Shown here: positions 21,501 to 30,500 of the stretch, piece by piece | Numbering within the stretch: position 1 is the first letter of the stretch | How the letters are laid out: the number at the start of each line of letters is the position of its first letter | Virus record (IMG/VR): IMGVR_UViG_3300021197_001521 | Span: 1 to 64,000 of that record | DNA: 64,000 nucleotides | Source of the DNA: a virus | Strand: one strand, 5' to 3' | Program-made: the position numbers and the translations under genes | The notes under the pieces: model-generated | Databases searched by the model: none | What the model was told of the DNA's origin: nothing | Seen by the model: only the letters and a program-made list of their open reading frames with translations

Positions 21501-24500
21501 AAATACTCCTAGTCAAGACGTTGTAGACTATTCTGATGATAGTATTACAACTTTTTCTCCGCAGGGAACTGTACCAACGGATTCTGGATTTGGAAATGTT
21601 GATGATCTAGGTCTTAGTACTGAACCTGTTTCAAATAAAGATCAATACTTTGAAGACAACACTAGCAACAATCTCGGTGGCGACCATGATCTGATTTCTA
21701 CCTATCCTGTTGTGTCAGCAACAGAATTTAAGTGGTATGAGATACCGTTAAGAATATATAAAGATGATGTTGAACTAGGCAGAATAATAGACTATACTCA
21801 AAGCACATACCTAGAAAAACTATTTTTGGATATTTATCCTTTACCTAGTGGCGCTTCAATCGGCGCAATAGAGTTGGCGGTTAGGTATAGACCTCAGTCA
21901 GCGCTTGAGATGATTGTAGAAGGTGGTGATTATAGAAAGATACAAGACGGCAGAACAGAAGGGTCGTTCTATCCTGTTGCTAGACAGGTCTCTACAGATC
22001 CTATATTTAATGCTGGTTCTGGATTCGCTCCGCTTTCTAGGATCGAAAATATACCTCATGCGTATGCTTCGCCTGATACAATAAAAACAAACTATGCTAG
22101 AAGATGGAGAGGTGTTAACGGTGTTGCTGGACATGCATTCCAAATAGATCAATTTAGCAGGGCGTTTGACGAGAGACGAATAAACACGCCATTCTTAATG
22201 TCTCACGTAGACTTTAGCAACTTGGAAGACGATGCGCCCACTTCTGTTAAGTTCTCTTCTGAGAAAACCTTTGAAAACGTTCACATGACGTTAACTGAGA
22301 ACGGAACACCAACAAGCCCAGACATACACCAAAACGTTGGAATGAGATTTAGTAGCGGAACAATGTTTGGTTCTCTATTGCCATCCTACTCTGGTAACTA
22401 TAAAACAGCAGACTGGACATCTTTAATTAATGGTTCAAATAACTTTACAGACCATGAGCTTTACGGACAAATATTTGATGGTTACGATAGGGTCGTAAGA
22501 TTTTCAACTAAGACTACCCTAGAGTTAGGAGAAAACATTAATCCTTCTAGTGGTGTTTCTGCATTCATTAGGTTTATACCAGATGCTAACGCAAGCGGAA
22601 TTGGTTACAATTTCTATAACTCTAGTACACTGTTTAGCACTCAGTTTGCTTCTATTCCTAGTCGATCAGGTTTGGTGGTAGGTTTTAAAGATGGTTATCT
22701 TTTTGCTTCCGGTCACACCACCACTTCAAATTTCCTTATACAAGATACTATAAAGTATAGCGGTTATCAGTATCCATTGTCCGTATTGTTTACTTACGAC
22801 GAAAATGGCGACAATAGAGCAAGGTTGTATACCGACAACGAACTATACCAAGGTGATTTCCAAAACATTAGGGCGTCGAGTGAACCTATCCAGATGGAAA
22901 ATCTGAGCGATAAGTTTACCTTTGGTTATGCAGGATCTTCTGTTTCTGGTATGCCTATGTTGATCAGCGAAGTCGGCGTAACAAACAGTGGAAATATTCT
23001 TAACTCTGGCGCCCAACTCCAAGACAATCAAGTAAGCATAACTGAGTTCTTTGATAATATAAGGGTTAAGTTCTTTAATCCTAACGAAAGCATAAGTAAC
23101 GATAACTTTAAACTTTGGTCGTATGTTGATGAAAATACTTATACAGATTGGTATTTAGGTGCATTTAAATCCTGCGAGTACAATTTTGAGTTTGATTCAC
23201 TAAATAGCATCAAGGGTAAAAAAGCAGGCAGAGACCTTATAAACTTTAAGTTTGATTCTGATGGATCTGCATACTCTACCTACGCAACCAAGGATATGCC
23301 TAACACCGTAAACTCTGGTGTTGCTTATCACAGTCAATTGGAAAATGACTTCCTTAGATTCTACTTGTCAGACGCTTCTTCCAACTTCTACGCAACTCAT
23401 AGAAGGGTTGCAAAAAGTCTACCTAGAAACTACGACTTTGCAGAAAAAGCATTGGTTGTAGAAAGCATTATTGAGCATAGCTCTAGCGGAAGTATGGTTT
23501 GGGATGATGGAAATGTCGGTCCTAAACTGATAGTAAGTTTGTATACCAAGAACAAAGAACCTTATTACGTAACAGATGATCCTAACTGGGGTCTTATTAA
23601 TAGACATTATCACTACCTGCAACCATCCAGTTGCTTTACCAGACTAGATAGCACGTTTACGTATGGTGATTACTGTGACGACACAGAAAAGTGGGCATTG
23701 TTCCCAGAGGAGAAAAAACTTTCAGAGTTGACAGAAAAGTTTTATTCTAAAGATATAGATGATATGTTTGTTCAATATGATATAGCATATCCTTCTGGTT
23801 CTTCTCTTCGCTCAAATCTTAATGTTCACACTGTTCATGTTAGAGCAGAGGATGCTTGGGTTAAACCAACGGCAGATTCTGGTTCACTGAATTTGACGAC
23901 AAGTGGTAATATTGTTGAATCCGTGAAGATGGACATGTATATGTTTGGGGTGTCTGGTTCTTTGAATGACACTCTTGGTCTTTGTATGAGCGGTGTGAAA
24001 CCCGTAAAGGCATCTGGAGACTTTATACTTTGTGTTAGTGGCGCTAAAGCAACAAACGATACCCTTGGACTATACACATTAGACTATGGAACAATAAACA
24101 ACTCTGACGGAAACGTTGTATCTTCATTGCCTCCTTATCTTGATTTTGTTGTAGGAGACCACGATCCGGGTCAGTTTGGATTCTTCTTGGTTACGTCTGG
24201 AGCGCCAGAACCAGTTATAACAACTTTAAACAATCTGTCTGGAACAAATGGTTCTGGAATGGGCATGTTTATAGAAGGACTAGGATTTACCAGCGGTATC
24301 CTGCCTTTATCTGTAGCGAACGATCAGCAAGCTAGTTCCGATAGCGGTGTACTTAAAATGTCTGTATTTGCTGATTCTGGTGTTCCAAGAATTCAGAGTC
24401 AGATGCCAATATTCTTGTTACAAGAACAGTATTTTGCAGAATCTGATAGTGATTTTGGCGATACGTCAGGCAACTTTAATTTGTCTCTTGTTGGCGCTGC

Positions 24501-27500
24501 CATAAACAACAATACTATTAGCGAGACCGCAAACTTGTATCTTGAGGGTCAAGAGTCTCTACAAGTAAGTGGACTCATGAACTTGTTCCTAGACGGACCT
24601 CCTGACCCAACTATTCAAAGTGGAATATTAGAGTTATTAATTAGAAATAATAATCTAAGATCAGAAAGTAATGTTCCCGGAAATCCTCTTGTTTTCTGGA
24701 ATGGGGAAAACTATGGAACCTCCATAGATATTCAAGATAATATTTATGCCACGTTTAGCGCAGACGACGAAATAAGAGGTGTAGATTTATTTGGGTTTGG
24801 TTTCTGTGATAGCGACAGTCCAGACAAAGCGTTTGATGAAGCGCTCGTTGTTGACGATGTTGTTTATAGAGACAGAGTTTGTAATGATGGCGGGATATTT
24901 AGAGCAACTGCAACATACACAAATGAGGCAGCGGGATATCAAGACAATTATTACGGAATAAGAAAATTAACTGGACTCAAAAAAGGACGACCATATCTTG
25001 TAAACCTAAAAATAACAACCGGAAACACAGATCCTATTCCTGTGCCTAATGATTGGGAAGAATGGGAATATGGAATTTGTGACCCAGCATTTGATAGTAT
25101 GTGTTGCACTAGAGATTGTGACCAAGCACTTGCGTTTAGTGGTGTTAAACTTATTGGTGATTATCCATATCTTAGTGGTAATTCGAGTCTTATAGATGTA
25201 AGCGGAAGGCAAGCGGGCGACAACTACGGAAAGAGCATGAGGGTCAAGAAAGACTTGCTTGCAGTAGGTGCGCCTAACCACAATGTAAACGATGCTAGTG
25301 GTTATTATCTAGAAGACGCTGGCGCTATATTCCTATACAGAAGAGATCAAGAAGTAGCAGGCAAAAAAGCAGATTGGCAACTAGAAGAGAAATTACTTCT
25401 GCCTCTTGGGGCGAGAAGAGACTTTGTAAGTAGAAAAACAGGAACTCTAGTAAACTTTGGAAACTTCTCCATAGCGGGTCAACAATGGGAGATTGGTCAA
25501 GAGGGTAGAGAATTAGGATTCTCATTAGATGTCTGTCAAAGCGGAGAAAGAGAAGTTGTTGTTGCTGGTGGACCGGGAGGCAAATGGTCTAGAACATTCC
25601 CAACCGTTGTAACTTCTGGTGTCCCAGTATTTATGATGCTCTTTACGGACAAGTTTACTTACAACAGAACCAAACTAAAAGAAATAGTTAGAACTGCCAG
25701 AAAGTATGACATACTGTATAAGTATTTCTCTGCTCCTTGGGGTACTTCTCCAGATGAATGGCATCCTGAATTAGATGTAAACCTTCTAATATGCCAGATG
25801 TTTACTAGTGATAACATAGACGACCTTCCGTCTGTTCCAAACACTAGAGAGCCTTGGTTCAATCATATGTACTTGAACGATGTTCTTGATCCAGATATAA
25901 ACAAAAACGAAGCAATTAATACTGGTGTTAGCGGTGTTATTTCTAAATTTAAAGAAATATTCCCACATAGAAATGCCCTACACAGTGGTGTACCTCCAAT
26001 AGTAGGTATTTTTGGTGACAACACATTCTCTACAAACTTTACCAACTCGTTTAAACCTATACTAGATCAATTCGTAGACTTCTATAATGACTACTCGCTT
26101 GCCAGCGGCGTTTACGATGCGGTAAACTCTAATCCAAGTAAAGGTTATGTAAATCAGATATTTGACGACGCATTTAATTGGGATCAAGCATCTGTAGAAA
26201 TATTGAACAAAACACTAGACAGTGGTAATTTGATACTCACAGATAATCTTAAATTTATCACAAGCGGCGTTGGTCAAGAATATGCGAGAGATGATTCTGT
26301 TGAATTCCAATCTCCACCTGAGTCTGGCGGAAGGGTCTATATATTCGAGAAAGAGTATGGAGACTGGAACCTTATCCAAGATATAATATCACCAGAAGAA
26401 GAAGCTCTTAACGGAAGTTACGACACAGACGACTTCATTCCGGGTTATGGCGATCAGAAACCTATGGATAGATTTGGCCATGCCGTTTCTATCAGCGACA
26501 ACAGTGAAATCATTTCTGTTGGTTCGCCATATATCAACGAAGCATGTCAGATTTACGAGAGAGACGACTCAGAAAATACCAGAATGTACACAGTTGTTCT
26601 AGACTGGTTGACTGAAACTCATGATCCGTTTACCAAGGATCTTCAGTCTCACATTGATCGTTACAATGAATTATTGGCAGCGTCAGGAGCTACTGTCGCA
26701 AGACTGGAAGTTTATAAAGATCTTAGTAAATTAGATAAATTCTTGCTTAGAAAAAATAAAGACATTAGACTTTACAGAAAAGTCTTTAACTATGATTATA
26801 CAGACATTAAGTACACGGGATCGTGGGGTGTTATACCTCAAGAGTTTGCTGGTACTTCTAGATTAGGATTTAGCACTGCTATCGACGAAGAAGGTGATGT
26901 AGTGGCGTTTGGCGCTCCTACTGACTCCTTTAATGAGTTTGATGACTACAACGTTTGGTATGGTGGTGTTAGAAGTAGAACAAATTATCCTAAAAACAAC
27001 ACTTGGGCATCTTATACAAATGCCGGTGCTATTAGAGTCTTTGAGTCAAGAAAATACTTCAAGCACAACAAAGCGGTTGAGTTCTTTAAGTTTGGTAACT
27101 TGGATAGAAGTGTTCATCAAGATATTGATAACCTTAGTTTGTATTATAATAACCTTGGCACGTTCTTTGATGTTGATGGTGTTTCGTTTGAAAGAACGCA
27201 GTTTGAAGATATAGAAATACCAACAGATGCTGGTCTTGCATTTATTATTACGCCGGAACTAGATGCCGCTAGTGATGAGATTGTAGATAATATTAAGTCT
27301 TGGTTGGCTTTGGGTGATAGAACGTTAGTGTTAGTTGGTAATGACCCTCTGTACGAAGAAAATGGACTGTATGAAAAGTCTAACGATATAATTAACAAAA
27401 TATTGAAAAAACTCGGTTGTAGAATGAGAATTGTTCCGGCGAGAAACAGAGAAGAATCTCTTGCCGCTGGAGTTACTAATTCTGGTGTGTCTAGTTTGAG

Positions 27501-30500
27501 ATACAATACAGTTCCAGCGAGACTGCCTAGATTCTTACATGAATCTCATGCGATTAGAGGAAATATCTTTGCTAGTGGTGTTGGTGACATTAAAATAGAT
27601 CTTTCTGATTTAGGTCAAGAAGATTTTTATATTTATCATCCTTGCGACCCAGATACGTTTGATAGATGTGGACTGCCTCTTAAACATATGGGAGACATAA
27701 GAGCAGGTTGGGAATCTAAGTGTGATCCAAAAATAGAATACGAAACAAATTGGGGATTCCATTTTGACACACCTAATCCAGCGCAATCTTGCGAGAGATA
27801 CCCGCAAATACCTAAACCTCTTCTGGTTGTTCCTAATAATGAAATAACACCTGTTATAGCAGCGGCAGAATATAAACCGCAACCTCCAATAATCATAGAG
27901 GCAGACAGTGGTACTGAAGAAAGGTGTACTACGATACGGACTGGAACTAGAACGGAAACTATAACCCAAGGAACTACGACCTATAGCTTTGGAACAGAGA
28001 CGGTTGGCGAACCAGTATTTAATATTCAAGATACAGCCTCTGGTATTAGCGGTATATACAACTCATTCAATCATGTTAAGTCTGAGTACAAAGAAGGATT
28101 CTTCTTCAATCCAGATAAAGAAAATACTAGAGATGGAATCATTCAGGCGAAGGGTACATCTTTCTATGGAGAACCTGCCTCTTCAAGAAGAAAGGTTAGT
28201 GACTTTAGTATTTATGTTGCAGAAGAAATATTTACAGATAACGATAGCAACAAGTTGTACATGATCGCCTCCATGCTTCCAGAAAATGGTTGGAGCATGG
28301 GAGACTTGTTTGGAGATGAGTTTGATCCAAGGAATAATGACCAAAATATAGCATTCTACAACAACTTGGTTATGGAAAATTGCACATCTAGGGCAAACAT
28401 TTATCAACTAGGCGACTGGACTGGTAGATCATCCCTAGAAAATGCTTTCTCAGATTCTGTTGTTGAAAAAGTATTGAAGAAAAATGGTCATTTTGTTGTA
28501 AATAATGCTACAAATATTCCTAGTGTTTGTAATGTGCTTTGGATAGCAGATCCGCTAAATGCTCCTACTGACGACAACATGAAAGCAATCAAAGATTGGT
28601 TGGCAGAAGGAGATAAAAAGATTGTCGTAACCTACGGCAAAACACAGCAATCCGCAGACAATGTTGCCATACTGTGTGATAAACTTGGTATCGGAACTAA
28701 ACCTTTCTTTGTTGAGGGGGATGACAATAAGTATTATGTTCAAGATACAGATATAATCAGAGAGTCTAACTTGACTTCATGTTGCCCAGTGGAAGGAGAT
28801 GATACCAGTAAATTACAGTTATTAGACGATTCTAACATTGCAATATCAGGTTGCGAAACATACACTTGGGCTAATTCTTACGGAGTTAACACGAAGGTTG
28901 ATAAACTTTCTGCAATACCTAACGGTGCAGATCCAATAAACCTTGAGGTTGAATTTGACCCAGAGGGCGATGGGTTTACCGACTACGCATATATTCCTAT
29001 TAAACTTGGTCCAAGCGGAACCTCTGTAGTCAAGTTTAGAGATCCTATATACGAAAATTTCACAGAAAATCCAGATTTATTCTGGAAAATAGTAACAAAA
29101 GAAAGTAGCATAGAGTTCCCCGTAGTACAAAACTCAGGTTACAGATTATTTGCGGAATGGGTATCTGAAACAGATGAAGAAAAGTACGACATACTTGCTT
29201 GTGTTGATGACTTGACTGTTAAGTTCTCTCCAGAACCCGGAAATGAAAGCACAAACCCCGGAGATTACGCAGACAAGTATCTGGACAAAACTCCAAAATA
29301 CAGCAAGAAAACTGCAACTTGGGACTTTAGAGTTAAAGAAGGTTTTGATTCTGTTAAGATCAAGTTTGACACAAAAGAGTGGCATGTTCCTAGAATATCT
29401 AGCGAGGGTCAACCAACTCCATTTACACCTAGAGTGTTGGCAATATCTGGATACCTTATTCCTATCCTCGCTGAGTATAACGAGACAACAACCACTAAGG
29501 ATTATCCAATATTTGAAACTATATGTAGTGGTATAGATTGGTACTCGCCAGCAAGGACGATAGAGCAACCAGATATATTCAGACCAATTTCTACTAATCA
29601 TAGAAAGTATTGTCCTCCAAATGTAGAACTTTGCTCTGGTTTGAATCCTAATCTGGACGTAGAAGATGGTCCTGTGATCGTTGCAGACGAACTAGAACAC
29701 TTCACAAACTTTGATCAAGGTCTAAACAGGTCTAGAATTATTCTTGTTACAGACTCTACAATTATTCAGGGTCAGTCTCCACACTTTAGATCTGATCCAA
29801 ACTCAGAAAATGGTTTGTTTATTAGAAGTCTATATCCTTCAAGTCCAGAAAAAGAACTTGGATATGAGGGCGAGCTAGAGATATCACCTAAAGGAAGAAG
29901 ATTTGAGTTCAAGCAAAAACTTCGCGCGCCAGAAAAAGGAAGTCCCGCGAAATACTTTGCTGCCAGCGGAATGCAAAACTTGGTAGACAGATTCGGTTAC
30001 AACGGAAAAGCGGGACAACTTGAAAATTACACAGACCAAGAAGATACTTTCGTCTTAGGTGATGTTCTTAGATTAAAGAGTCCTATAAAACCAATAGAGA
30101 TAGAGCAGGCAATAGAATTCTTTGGAGAAGAAGTCATACCTGATTACGGCGTATTCCCAAGATTTAGTGGTATGTACGGAGAAGCGACCGATACATATGA
30201 TCCTAAGTACATAGACGCCGGAATTAAGGGTGGTATTTCTCGCTATCAAGAAGAAAGAGGTCATGATTACTTAGAGTTTGTTGCTATGAACTCTGGTTAT
30301 CCGGGAGATTTGTTTGGTTGGTCTATAGACATATACAAAAACAAACTGGTTGTTGGAGCTCCATTCAATGGATTCAACAGTGGTGATTTGGTTAGTTGGT
30401 CCGGTGTTACTGAGGCATACAATGCTTCCAATGTTGCTTCTGGTTTGAAACTTGGAAAGAATGGTGGTGGGGGTTCAGCATTCTACTATGAAAGAACGGG

